Virus record (IMG/VR): IMGVR_UViG_3300043446_005562
Span: 124,001 to 188,000 of that record
Length of the DNA stretch: 64,000 nucleotides
Strand: one strand, 5' to 3'
Each line of letters begins with the position of its first letter. Positions within the stretch are counted from its first letter, which is position 1. The notes under the pieces were generated by a model. It had not been told where the DNA came from. It made no database searches and was given only the letters and a program-made list of their open reading frames with translations. The translations under genes were made by a program, and so were the position numbers. Of the stretch, positions 37,268 through 45,949 are shown piece by piece.

Positions 37268-38545
37268 TTAATTTTGTGCTCTTCTTTTGAGAGCGTCTAA
37301 ATAGTTACTTGAGTAACCTCTTAGACTTTCGTGTACTTGTGTTAACGAAACATAGCCCTCTTTACCTTGGCTTTCGTTAATTGTTTGATTATTTATATTG
37401 TTTGCTTGCGCAATTCTTTCGCTGATTGCTCTAAGATCACGTGAATCCCAGAAAGCTTTTGCTTGGTAAGGAGTGTTGATCACTTGAGTAGAGGCCTGTG
37501 CCGCAATCCAGTTACGCTCATTATCTGTCATACCTTCAAACACTGATTTGTATTTTTCTGGCATGAAACGAACGTAGGCTGGGGTGTTTTCTACCTGTTT
37601 GTTCAATACTGCTTCCATGATATTGATAACTTCACCTTCAGTAAAGAAGATAGCGCCTTTCATCGTTTCAACGATTGCAGATTTAGTTTCAGTATCTAAA
37701 GCATAGAATTTTTGTTTATTAGATTCGCTAAGAAGTTTTAGGAATGGATACTTGTTCTCAAGAACAGCATTTGCTGAATTTGATTTAATGTGAGCAAGAA
37801 TTCCGTCAACTGCATTAGTTAATTCATCAACACCAGAGGCATCATTAACTTCGTAGCTTGCATTTTCATTAAGTTTCTTAACGTCAGCTAATAGTCTACG
37901 AGCTTTGATGTTGGTATTTGGAGTGATCTTTTCGTTCATTGTTTCAGCAATGTACTCAGAATAGGCAATACCTTTTTGTAAGTTTTCGCCTAAATACTCA
38001 GAATATTTAATAGCTGCATCAAGATTTTCAGCTAAGTAATTTGCAAATTTGATACCCTTTTCAGCATTTTCTGCAACGTATTCAGCGTATTGAATACCCT
38101 TGTCAACGTTTTGAGCTAGATAGTTTGAATAGGCAATATTCTTTTCAACGTTTTCAGCAATGTATTCGCCGTAATTGATGGATTGATTTACCTTTTCGCC
38201 TAAGTAGTCAGAGTATTGAATATTCTTCTCAATTTTTTCTGCTAAGTAATCGCCGTAATCGATCACGTTGTTTACCTTTTCAGCAACGTGTTCAGTATAA
38301 CCAATACCCTTATTCAACATGGTTGAAAGGTAATTAGAATACTCCACCATTTTTTCCATTTCACCAGCTAGGTAATTTACATACTCAACTAGTTTTCCAG
38401 TTTCTGGTGATTCGTTACTATTTTCGTTAAGAGCACGTAGACCAGCGTTATTTTTCGAAAGGTTTTCTTGAAGAGCGTCGAATTTCTTCTTTACCAATTG
38501 CGAATACTGGTTCATTTCTTCTCTTGATACAAAGTCATTAGCCAT
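37268..38545 (-). CDS. Nested in-frame scaffold/core protein (425 aa, starts MANDFVSREE)
   Basis: Internal late box AATAAATAA at 38583-38591 and an A-rich leader (AAACAACAAAATAACAATAAGCAA) precede the in-frame ATG (codon 236). Confidence 0.6.
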   Translation of the reverse strand: MANDFVSREEMNQYSQLVKKKFDALQENLSKNNAGLRALNENSNESPETGKLVEYVNYLAGEMEKMVEYSNYLSTMLNKGIGYTEHVAEKVNNVIDYGDYLAEKIEKNIQYSDYLGEKVNQSINYGEYIAENVEKNIAYSNYLAQNVDKGIQYAEYVAENAEKGIKFANYLAENLDAAIKYSEYLGENLQKGIAYSEYIAETMNEKITPNTNIKARRLLADVKKLNENASYEVNDASGVDELTNAVDGILAHIKSNSANAVLENKYPFLKLLSESNKQKFYALDTETKSAIVETMKGAIFFTEGEVINIMEAVLNKQVENTPAYVRFMPEKYKSVFEGMTDNERNWIAAQASTQVINTPYQAKAFWDSRDLRAISERIAQANNINNQTINESQGKEGYVSLTQVHESLRGYSSNYLDALKRRAQN

Positions 38546-39250
38546 TTGCTTATTGTTATTTTGTTGTTTAGGAATTTCAGAATTATTTATTCTATAGATC
38601 TTCACAGAATCTTCAAAAGAGAAGCTTTCTGATATATCTGTTAATTTATTTGTGATTGAAGCAGTCTTTAAAGTATCCAAAGACTCAAACAGAACTGAGA
38701 AATTGTCCTTAAGGCTTTCAGATACCTGAGTTAGGGATGCTTGCGAGAAACCAGGTTCAGCAACAATATCGTAGGTAAAGATTTTTTGAATCTTAACAAC
38801 ACCGCTCTCATTTACATTACCTGCAGCTCTTGATGAGGTTGAGATAGTACAGCCTGACTCAACTAGGGTCTTTGCAATACGACCGCATGGAGTATCAAGT
38901 ACTCTTAATTTGATACGAACAGTATTTGAAGGCTCGTCATAGTTAAGAGATTCAACCACGTGAGATACGTTCTTTAAGGAAACGTCAAAGCTTTGTGGAT
39001 GATCAAGCTCTCCAAATAACTGACCCTTTTTGATTTTTTCGTTTAGATAGGAAAGATGAGGCAAGTACTCTTGCTTCTCATAGATACGATTGTTTTCGTT
39101 CTTTTGTCCAAAGACTGCGCAAATACCTTCAAGGATAATTGAACCGTCATTTGATTTTGAAACATTTAATGCTTCATTAACTCGTTCAATGATGAATAAT
39201 TGACTTTCATCAAAGCCGGTCTTTAGTAAGTTTGTTTTAGCGCTAGTCAA
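37268..39250 (-). CDS. gp21: Prohead protease (gp21-like) fused to core/scaffold domain
   Basis: LEGICA, NENNRIY, GELDHP, NVSH, LDTPCG, STSSRAAG, TYDIVAEPGF; long helical repeat C-terminus; TTG start; late boxes at 39269-39277 and 39316-39324. Confidence 0.88.
   Translation of the reverse strand: MTSAKTNLLKTGFDESQLFIIERVNEALNVSKSNDGSIILEGICAVFGQKNENNRIYEKQEYLPHLSYLNEKIKKGQLFGELDHPQSFDVSLKNVSHVVESLNYDEPSNTVRIKLRVLDTPCGRIAKTLVESGCTISTSSRAAGNVNESGVVKIQKIFTYDIVAEPGFSQASLTQVSESLKDNFSVLFESLDTLKTASITNKLTDISESFSFEDSVKIYRINNSEIPKQQNNNKQMANDFVSREEMNQYSQLVKKKFDALQENLSKNNAGLRALNENSNESPETGKLVEYVNYLAGEMEKMVEYSNYLSTMLNKGIGYTEHVAEKVNNVIDYGDYLAEKIEKNIQYSDYLGEKVNQSINYGEYIAENVEKNIAYSNYLAQNVDKGIQYAEYVAENAEKGIKFANYLAENLDAAIKYSEYLGENLQKGIAYSEYIAETMNEKITPNTNIKARRLLADVKKLNENASYEVNDASGVDELTNAVDGILAHIKSNSANAVLENKYPFLKLLSESNKQKFYALDTETKSAIVETMKGAIFFTEGEVINIMEAVLNKQVENTPAYVRFMPEKYKSVFEGMTDNERNWIAAQASTQVINTPYQAKAFWDSRDLRAISERIAQANNINNQTINESQGKEGYVSLTQVHESLRGYSSNYLDALKRRAQN
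37934..38395 (-). repeat. Eleven tandem 14-aa repeats in the scaffold domain (K.I.Y..Y[LIV]AE...)
   Basis: KLVEYVNYLAGEME / KMVEYSNYLSTMLN / ... / KGIAYSEYIAETMN; 42-bp periodicity. Confidence 0.85.
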
Positions 39251-39315
39251 CTTTGTAAGACTTTTTTATTATTTATATAGCGATCTATCTGCTAAAATAG
39301 ATGGCTATACTAACA

Positions 39316-40194
39316 TTATTTATCAAAGTCTTTTAGCAATTCTCTAAGAGTTGAGAGGTTTTGTTCTGATTGATTGGTGAGATCAGGTTTATTTACCTTG
39401 ACTTCAAAAATAAAAGCTCCACGATGGCCAAGCGGTGAGACTAGACCCTGGTCGGGAATGCGCACTCTAATATCTGATAGATTAGTAACATTAAGCGATT
39501 TTATGCGATATTTTTTACCCAGAGGATTCTCCAGGATGATTTCTTCAGCAAAAAGAACATCATGTAGGCTTAAATTAACAGTCTGTATAAGATCAATTTC
39601 CCTGATTTCAAGACCGACTTTGTCAATTATTACCCTAATTATTAGGTCTCCAACCGCACTTGCCTGTCGAGCCCGGCCAAAAAAGTCAGATCTTTCAAAT
39701 ATTTGACTTGAGCCAGCTCCCCTAATCCTGAGCGTAATTACTTCGTTTGAGCCAACTTGGGTAATCGGATAGGCTGTCTTACTTAGGTCAAGCCGAATAC
39801 GATAAGTTTTATTCTCAAAGCTCGACCGGTCCAATCCAATCTTGGATATTTGATAGTCCACAACAAATTCAACGCCAGCCATTAGTTCAGTAAGAGAGAA
39901 CTTTCTATCCCTAATCACATGCAAATGGGTAGGAGTCTCAAAACTACCAAATGAAAAGTCATGAAAAGAGGTAAAATGGTCCTGAAACTGAGGGCCCATT
40001 TGTGCACGATCGTATTCAGCGCGCTTGGCCGGATCACTAAGCGTGTTATAGGCATCCGCTATCTGTTTGAAGAGTTCCTCGCCATCCGGATTTTTATCAG
40101 GGTGGTATATCTTAGTTAATTTTCGATATGCCTTTTTTATCTCGTCAGGAGTTGCCTCTTGCGAAATCTCAAGAATTTCATAATAATTTTTCAA
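39316..40194 (-). CDS. dnaJ: DnaJ-family co-chaperone
   Basis: [23 protein letters not shown]-domain; C-terminal GDLIIRV and GAFIFEV; no zinc finger. Confidence 0.9.
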   Translation of the reverse strand: MKNYYEILEISQEATPDEIKKAYRKLTKIYHPDKNPDGEELFKQIADAYNTLSDPAKRAEYDRAQMGPQFQDHFTSFHDFSFGSFETPTHLHVIRDRKFSLTELMAGVEFVVDYQISKIGLDRSSFENKTYRIRLDLSKTAYPITQVGSNEVITLRIRGAGSSQIFERSDFFGRARQASAVGDLIIRVIIDKVGLEIREIDLIQTVNLSLHDVLFAEEIILENPLGKKYRIKSLNVTNLSDIRVRIPDQGLVSPLGHRGAFIFEVKVNKPDLTNQSEQNLSTLRELLKDFDK

Positions 40195-40224
40195 AATAGA
40201 TAGATCTAAACCGGTCTTTCTAGT

Positions 40225-40251
40225 ATAATACTACGATATCGGCTCGAGTTT
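40225..40251 (-). promoter_or_regulatory. Early/middle promoter AAAC-N17-TATTAT for dnaJ
   Basis: Same motif and spacing on the - strand; overlaps a + strand TATAAT (40224-40229) facing the glycosylation island. Confidence 0.6.
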
Positions 40252-40281
40252 ATAAAGAACCGTTATAAAAAATCCAATTAG

Positions 40282-42648
40282 GTGGCAGCAATCATTTTTA
40301 CCTACTATTCAGAAACAGTATCTCATTCATTTTTAACTAACATTGAGTCCTTTCTAGCAAATGGCGAAAAATACGACTCTTTGGTAATTTGTTCGGATTT
40401 AGAAATTCCCAGAAAAATCGTAAATAAGTTAACTGAGGTAATTAAGGTTCAGCGAATATTGCCAGCTCAAATGACAAAGGACGTTAGAAAACGGTCAAAT
40501 CGAGCAGTCTCTTGGCACGTAAATCCATCAATCCTGACAGCTTTTTCATATTCATTAGCTGATTCAATAACGGTCTTTGACCCAAATCTATTCATCATAA
40601 AGCCAATTGACTTTGCAAAAACCGATAGCGTTTTCTTTAAATCTCATGCTGGATTTGTTTCTCCAAATCTTTTCAAGTTTAAATACAGCCCTGCTCTAGA
40701 AAAGGCAGTTAGTCAGCTTTTGGCAAAAATAGATTTTCAATCAGCTTCGAGCGATTTGATGTTTAGTCAATTTGTCACTCAATGCACATTCTTCGGCACA
40801 AAAACCTTTTCATCAAGCTCTTTTATTTTTTCAAAACCAGAAAGGGGCCACAAGCTACTGGAGTCAAAATTATTTGCAATAGATTTTTCAAATATCGCAG
40901 AAGTCTCAAGATTCAAAGAGCTATTGGCAATAAAGGAACTTCATACATCAAAGCGAAAAACCAATTTTTTGACAAGAATTCGAAAGTCCCTTCATGAATT
41001 CATTGATTCAGTCAATCTAACTCCAAATCAATTATTGACGACCGTGCCGGTCCTTGCCTCAAATTATGAGAAATACAAGGACGCAAAGATTAAAAATTTT
41101 CCAATAACAATAATCCATACCAAGCAGGTCGCAAATCACGCAAAGAGACTTGAAGAAATACTAAAGTCTTATGGTTTTGACATAACTAATCGATTAATGA
41201 ATCCAAATTCGCCAATTGGAAAAGAGTCAAAGGATTTACACATAATCATGTGCCCAAACGTATTCTATGACTTTCCTCAAAATTATATAGCGTATCAATT
41301 TGAACAGGCTCATTCTAAATGGTTTACTCCCGATTACATCAACAAATTAAACAATTCAATTGAGATTTGGGAATACTCAGAATACAATATTCAATATTTT
41401 AACGGGTCATTCAAAAAGCCGCATGTGTATGTGCCGATTGGGGATTTAGGAGTCGGCGAACAGGACCTCTCTCAAACTCGTGATATTGATATTCTGTTCT
41501 ATGGAGAATTCATGAACAGCCCACGTAGAAAGCAGTTCTTAGAAGAGATCAAAAAATATAAAGACATAAAGATTGTTGACGGTTTTTCAAGTAATAATAC
41601 GTTCGGTAGTTCAATAACAGATCTTCTTAAAAGAACCAAAGTAGTATTGAATCATCACTTCTATGAGAACGGTCAGCTTGAAGTAGTTAGGCTGTATGAA
41701 GCTCTAAGTTATGGCTGTAAAGTTGTATCTGAAGTATCGATAGATGACAATTTCCATAATTTACCGATTTTAAAATATTCAAATATAGATCAGGCAATAA
41801 TTTCATTAGATCAAGCACTTGACGGTGAAGCTCCCGAAAAATTTGTTAGAGACTCAGCGGTTCACATAAAAAATGCTCTTGGTAGATTGGGTTTTAATTT
41901 TACAAAATCAACAATAACCGTCGATAATCTTAGCACAGTACTAACCTCTCCCAGAAAAAAAAGAGTTGCCGTTTATTTACACCTTTATTACACGGATTTA
42001 TGGCAAGAGCTTGATTCGTATTTACAAAATATTCCGGAAGAGTTTGATCTATATGTAAATTTTGTTGAGGATACTTATGACCAAAAAATAGCGTATCAAA
42101 TAATTGATCAGTACCCTCACGCTAAAATTTTCAAATCTAAAAATGCAGGTAGGGATTTTGGCGGATTCTATACGATGCTACGCTATTCAACTTCAGGTCA
42201 GAGCGATGTTTCTATTTTAATTCACAGCAAAAAAAGTAAAACCAGCAACGTTAAGAATGGAGATCAGTGGCGAAGGGATCTGCTTGAACCAATACTTGGT
42301 TCTAGAGAAATTGCTGCAAACACGCTTGCTAAAATCCGTCTTGAAAACGCTGGAGTAGTTTCAGCAAAGCGGTGGAGAAAAACAGATCCATCGCAAATAG
42401 GTTCAAATGCCAATAATCTATCAGTACTAAGCGCTAGACTCGGTTATGACTATTCAAAATATGCACTGGACTTTACAGCAGGTTCAATTATTGCCGTGAA
42501 TACAATACTGCTAGAAGACATTTTCAAATCATTGAATTATTCCGATTTTATTGAAGGGGATTACATTGATGGTACAATGGCTCATGCACTAGAGAGATTC
42601 ATTCCAAATTACGCAGTTCACAAAAAATATAAATTAGAGTATGTCTAA
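40282..42648 (+). CDS. Multidomain glycosyltransferase (degenerate GT-A-like + GT-B-like + RgpF rhamnan-synthesis-like)
   Basis: RDIDILFYG...KVVLNHHFYE...VVRLYEALSYGCKVVSE; VYLHLYYTDLW, NAGRDFGGF, IHSKKS, GDQWRRDL, DGTMAHALER (RgpF-like). Confidence 0.78.
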   Translation: MAAIIFTYYSETVSHSFLTNIESFLANGEKYDSLVICSDLEIPRKIVNKLTEVIKVQRILPAQMTKDVRKRSNRAVSWHVNPSILTAFSYSLADSITVFDPNLFIIKPIDFAKTDSVFFKSHAGFVSPNLFKFKYSPALEKAVSQLLAKIDFQSASSDLMFSQFVTQCTFFGTKTFSSSSFIFSKPERGHKLLESKLFAIDFSNIAEVSRFKELLAIKELHTSKRKTNFLTRIRKSLHEFIDSVNLTPNQLLTTVPVLASNYEKYKDAKIKNFPITIIHTKQVANHAKRLEEILKSYGFDITNRLMNPNSPIGKESKDLHIIMCPNVFYDFPQNYIAYQFEQAHSKWFTPDYINKLNNSIEIWEYSEYNIQYFNGSFKKPHVYVPIGDLGVGEQDLSQTRDIDILFYGEFMNSPRRKQFLEEIKKYKDIKIVDGFSSNNTFGSSITDLLKRTKVVLNHHFYENGQLEVVRLYEALSYGCKVVSEVSIDDNFHNLPILKYSNIDQAIISLDQALDGEAPEKFVRDSAVHIKNALGRLGFNFTKSTITVDNLSTVLTSPRKKRVAVYLHLYYTDLWQELDSYLQNIPEEFDLYVNFVEDTYDQKIAYQIIDQYPHAKIFKSKNAGRDFGGFYTMLRYSTSGQSDVSILIHSKKSKTSNVKNGDQWRRDLLEPILGSREIAANTLAKIRLENAGVVSAKRWRKTDPSQIGSNANNLSVLSARLGYDYSKYALDFTAGSIIAVNTILLEDIFKSLNYSDFIEGDYIDGTMAHALERFIPNYAVHKKYKLEYV

Positions 42649-43726
42649 ACCCAAAGTACTGGCTTTTTATTTACCGCAGTTTTATCCAATTCCAGAGAAT
42701 GATGCCAATTGGGGCGTCGGTTTTACAGAATGGACAAATTTGACCAGAGCAAAGCCTAGATTTGAAAATCACGTGATTCGAAAAGAGTCTCTTGAATTTG
42801 GTCAATACGATCTTCGCAGTTATCAAGTCAGAAAAAGACATGCAGACTTAGCAAAGGATCATGGAGTTTACGGTTTCGTCTATTATCACTATTGGTTTTA
42901 TGGAAATTCTCCAGAAAAAGTGATGTACGAACCGCTAGAGAGAATGCTGATTGACGGCGAACCTGATTTACCATTTTGTTTTGAATGGGCCAATGAGCCA
43001 TGGACAAAAACCTGGGATGGATCCGAAAAAAATGTACTACTTCCGCAAACGTACGGCACACCAGCCGAATGGAAAAAGCATTTTGAGTATTTGCTTCCAT
43101 TCTTCAAGCACAAAAATTACATATTGGTCGACAATAAACCAGTATTTATGATATACAGAATAGGTCATTTCAAACAGTTTAATCAATTTAAAAATTTTGT
43201 AAATGAGCTTGCCATCAAAGAGGGTTTTTCAGGAATCCACTTTGTTCAACTGTTAAATCATTTTAGCGATTCTGAGGATTTGTTTGACCTAAGCGTCGAT
43301 GCCTATGCAGAATATCATCCAATGTACGTGAACCGGTTCATTAATCCTATTGTTATGGATAGCGAACAATTTACCCTACATGATGCTGTGCAAAAATGGC
43401 AAAAAATACCGGAAATACCGTTGCCAACTCATTTGCTCAGGGATAAACACTACTATCGAGGTTATTACAGCGGCTGGGACGCATCCCCTCGAGGTTTAAA
43501 TCGAAAATTTTCAATTGATGTAAATAATACACCGGATAATTTTAAAAAGAATTTGGGCAAACAGCTAGACCTAGTCGTGAATGACAAATTTAATCCGGAA
43601 AATTTTCTTTTTATTTTTGCCTGGAATGAATGGGGCGAGGGCGCAATACTTGAACCAGACACAGTGTTTAAATACGAATATTTGAATGCAATAAGAGATA
43701 GCGTTAAAAAATATACCAGTACATGA
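42641..43726 (+). CDS. WbsX-like glycosyltransferase / GH99-like domain protein
   Basis: LAFYLPQFYPIPEND, GFTEWTN, YYHYWF, WANEPW, GWDASPR, AWNEWGEGAILEPD. Confidence 0.88.
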   Translation: MSKPKVLAFYLPQFYPIPENDANWGVGFTEWTNLTRAKPRFENHVIRKESLEFGQYDLRSYQVRKRHADLAKDHGVYGFVYYHYWFYGNSPEKVMYEPLERMLIDGEPDLPFCFEWANEPWTKTWDGSEKNVLLPQTYGTPAEWKKHFEYLLPFFKHKNYILVDNKPVFMIYRIGHFKQFNQFKNFVNELAIKEGFSGIHFVQLLNHFSDSEDLFDLSVDAYAEYHPMYVNRFINPIVMDSEQFTLHDAVQKWQKIPEIPLPTHLLRDKHYYRGYYSGWDASPRGLNRKFSIDVNNTPDNFKKNLGKQLDLVVNDKFNPENFLFIFAWNEWGEGAILEPDTVFKYEYLNAIRDSVKKYTST

Positions 43727-44514
43727 AAGTTGGAATAGTTGCTATCGCTAAAGACGAGGAAAGATATTTAGCTGAATGGTTGCAGTATCATTCGCTGCTT
43801 GGCTTTGATAATTTTTACATATACGATAATTCCTCAAATAATCGATTAATGAATTTTGCAACAGATAAAATCAAAATAATTTATTATCCTGGGCGAGTTA
43901 AGCAGATTGAGGCGTACAACGATTTTATTCAAAACTTTTCAAATGAAATAGACTATGTTATTGCGCTAGATATCGATGAATTTCTAGTAATTCACAATGG
44001 TTTAACTTTGCAAAATTTCATAAAAAAGTATGTACTTTCTTCTGGTGTATGTATTAATTGGAGATTTTTTGGCGCAAATGGCCATAAATACTTTAAGGAC
44101 CAGTCGGTGTTAGAAAGATTCACAATGAGGCAACCTGATTTTGATCACAATGTAAAAACTCTGGTCAAAACTGAGACCCTATTGAGATATTCAAATCCAC
44201 ACTGCCCGGATCTGATAACAGTCGGTCAAATTACAGATCTGTTGGGTAATCCAATAAATCTTAATGATCCAGTCTCCGAGGTAGATACCATTGGAATTGC
44301 TCAAATAAATCACTATTTCTGTAAATCTTGGCAGGAATTCAACTGGAAAATAAATAGAGGTAGAGCAACAACTATGAAAGAAAAGAGATCAACCGACGAT
44401 TTTGTTTGGTCAAATAGAAACGATGTACTTGACCTCAGTGCAATTAAATTTAGAGATAAAAAAAATAATCATATAAACAATGTACTTACCGATTCCTTAC
44501 AAAATTCAGTATGA
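43723..44514 (+). CDS. Glycosyltransferase family 2/92-like
   Basis: AIAKDEERYLAEWLQYH, GFDNFYIYDN, LDIDEF (DxD), INHYFCKS. Confidence 0.82.
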   Translation: MKVGIVAIAKDEERYLAEWLQYHSLLGFDNFYIYDNSSNNRLMNFATDKIKIIYYPGRVKQIEAYNDFIQNFSNEIDYVIALDIDEFLVIHNGLTLQNFIKKYVLSSGVCINWRFFGANGHKYFKDQSVLERFTMRQPDFDHNVKTLVKTETLLRYSNPHCPDLITVGQITDLLGNPINLNDPVSEVDTIGIAQINHYFCKSWQEFNWKINRGRATTMKEKRSTDDFVWSNRNDVLDLSAIKFRDKKNNHINNVLTDSLQNSV

Positions 44515-45118
44515 CACCAAAAAATTCAATTTCAAGGAGATTGTTGAAAATATGTTGGGTGTGACCGATCTTTATCAGTTACATCAACTTAAAGATTATG
44601 AATTCTTTTCAAGAGAAAAGGATCAGTCAACCGAATGGCATAAATCGTATTATTCAAAATTTGAAACCGAGTTTTATCCAACCTATCTTGAGTTGATTAA
44701 ATTTCTGGCAAAACAATTTGATTATAACGAACTCATATATCAAAAAATTCCAACCTTTAGAACTCAACTGGTCAATAATCTAGGAGTTGGTGAATGGCAC
44801 CGGGACAGAACCTACAACCACGGAATAACTGAGGTCAATTTTTGGATGCCGTTTACTGATACTAACGAAACCAATACCATTTGGATGGAGAGCCGAGAAG
44901 GCAATGAGGACTTTATGCCCTATACTGTAAAATACGGAGAAATCCTAGTCTTTGATGGCGCTAACCTACTACACGGTAATAAAACAAACATGTCAGACAC
45001 AACCAGGGTCTCGGTTGACTTTAGGCTAGTTGATCCAGAGCTCTTTATTCCAAATCAGGCTGGCTCAATTAACATGAATGCACCATTCGATCTAGGTGGT
45101 TACTTTGAAAAAATTTAG
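44480..45118 (+). CDS. Fe(II)/2-oxoglutarate dioxygenase-like protein (StrG/PhyH-like)
   Basis: QKIPTFR, WHRD (HxD), NFWMPFTD, LLHGN, TRVSVDFR. Confidence 0.72.
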   Translation: MYLPIPYKIQYDTKKFNFKEIVENMLGVTDLYQLHQLKDYEFFSREKDQSTEWHKSYYSKFETEFYPTYLELIKFLAKQFDYNELIYQKIPTFRTQLVNNLGVGEWHRDRTYNHGITEVNFWMPFTDTNETNTIWMESREGNEDFMPYTVKYGEILVFDGANLLHGNKTNMSDTTRVSVDFRLVDPELFIPNQAGSINMNAPFDLGGYFEKI

Positions 45119-45121
45119 TAA

Positions 45122-45949
45122 ATGAAATTAGCCGCAGGTTATGTTGTATTCGATGGCCTTGAGACTCTTGGCGCGTCCCTGAAGTCAATCAGAAATCAGG
45201 TTAATATAATCATTGTCTCATATCAAACTGTTTCCTGGGGAGGAACCAGTGCGAAACCTGGGCTTGTGCAAGAGCTCAATGAGTTAAAGGCACAAGGCCT
45301 AATTGATCACATAATTGAGTTTAAAAATTTTAGACCCAGCACATTAAAAACGCCAGAATCGGTCATTCAGGCCAAGGCGTTTGAGCTCAATAAAAGACAG
45401 GGCTGTCTAAACCTGGCTAGGGAATTGGGGGCAACTCATTATCTATCAATTGATGCTGATGAGTGCTATCGAGAAAAAGAATTTGCTTGGGCCAAATCCG
45501 AAATTGAAAAAAATTCGCTGGACGCAACCGCTCTGCACTACATTAATTACGTTACTCCAACTCTACATCGGGGTTATTCGCGTTGGAAAATTCCTTTTAT
45601 TTACAGAATCACGCCGAGCTGTCGACACCATAATCTGCAGCAGATATTTTCAGGAGTAGATCCAACTCGTGGCCTGCTTGACGAAGATTATCGAAAGAGC
45701 CGAGTTTTTGAAAGAGAGCTAATCTCAATGCATCACATGGAAATGGTTCGCCATGACATTGGTGAAAAGTATCGGGCATCAAGCCGCTACTTTCCGAATC
45801 GCGAAAAAATTCCAATGCTGGAACAGGACATTGTGACCGCTCAACAGACCGGCGCTCTTAAATTTACAGGACCCCATTTGGGAGATGATGACCCAAAGAA
45901 GAGCACCCAATTGATCAAGTGTGATAACGAATTTGGAATAGATTTTTAA
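45122..45949 (+). CDS. GT-A fold glycosyltransferase-like protein
   Basis: ELNKRQGCL, HYLSIDADE (DxD), MHHMEMVR. Confidence 0.65.
   Translation: MKLAAGYVVFDGLETLGASLKSIRNQVNIIIVSYQTVSWGGTSAKPGLVQELNELKAQGLIDHIIEFKNFRPSTLKTPESVIQAKAFELNKRQGCLNLARELGATHYLSIDADECYREKEFAWAKSEIEKNSLDATALHYINYVTPTLHRGYSRWKIPFIYRITPSCRHHNLQQIFSGVDPTRGLLDEDYRKSRVFERELISMHHMEMVRHDIGEKYRASSRYFPNREKIPMLEQDIVTAQQTGALKFTGPHLGDDDPKKSTQLIKCDNEFGIDF

Noticed and set aside
37934-38395. CRISPR-like or non-coding tandem array
   Set aside because: The 42-bp periodicity is conserved at protein level with variable codons, and there is no repeat-spacer structure. No CRISPR array was seen in the window.
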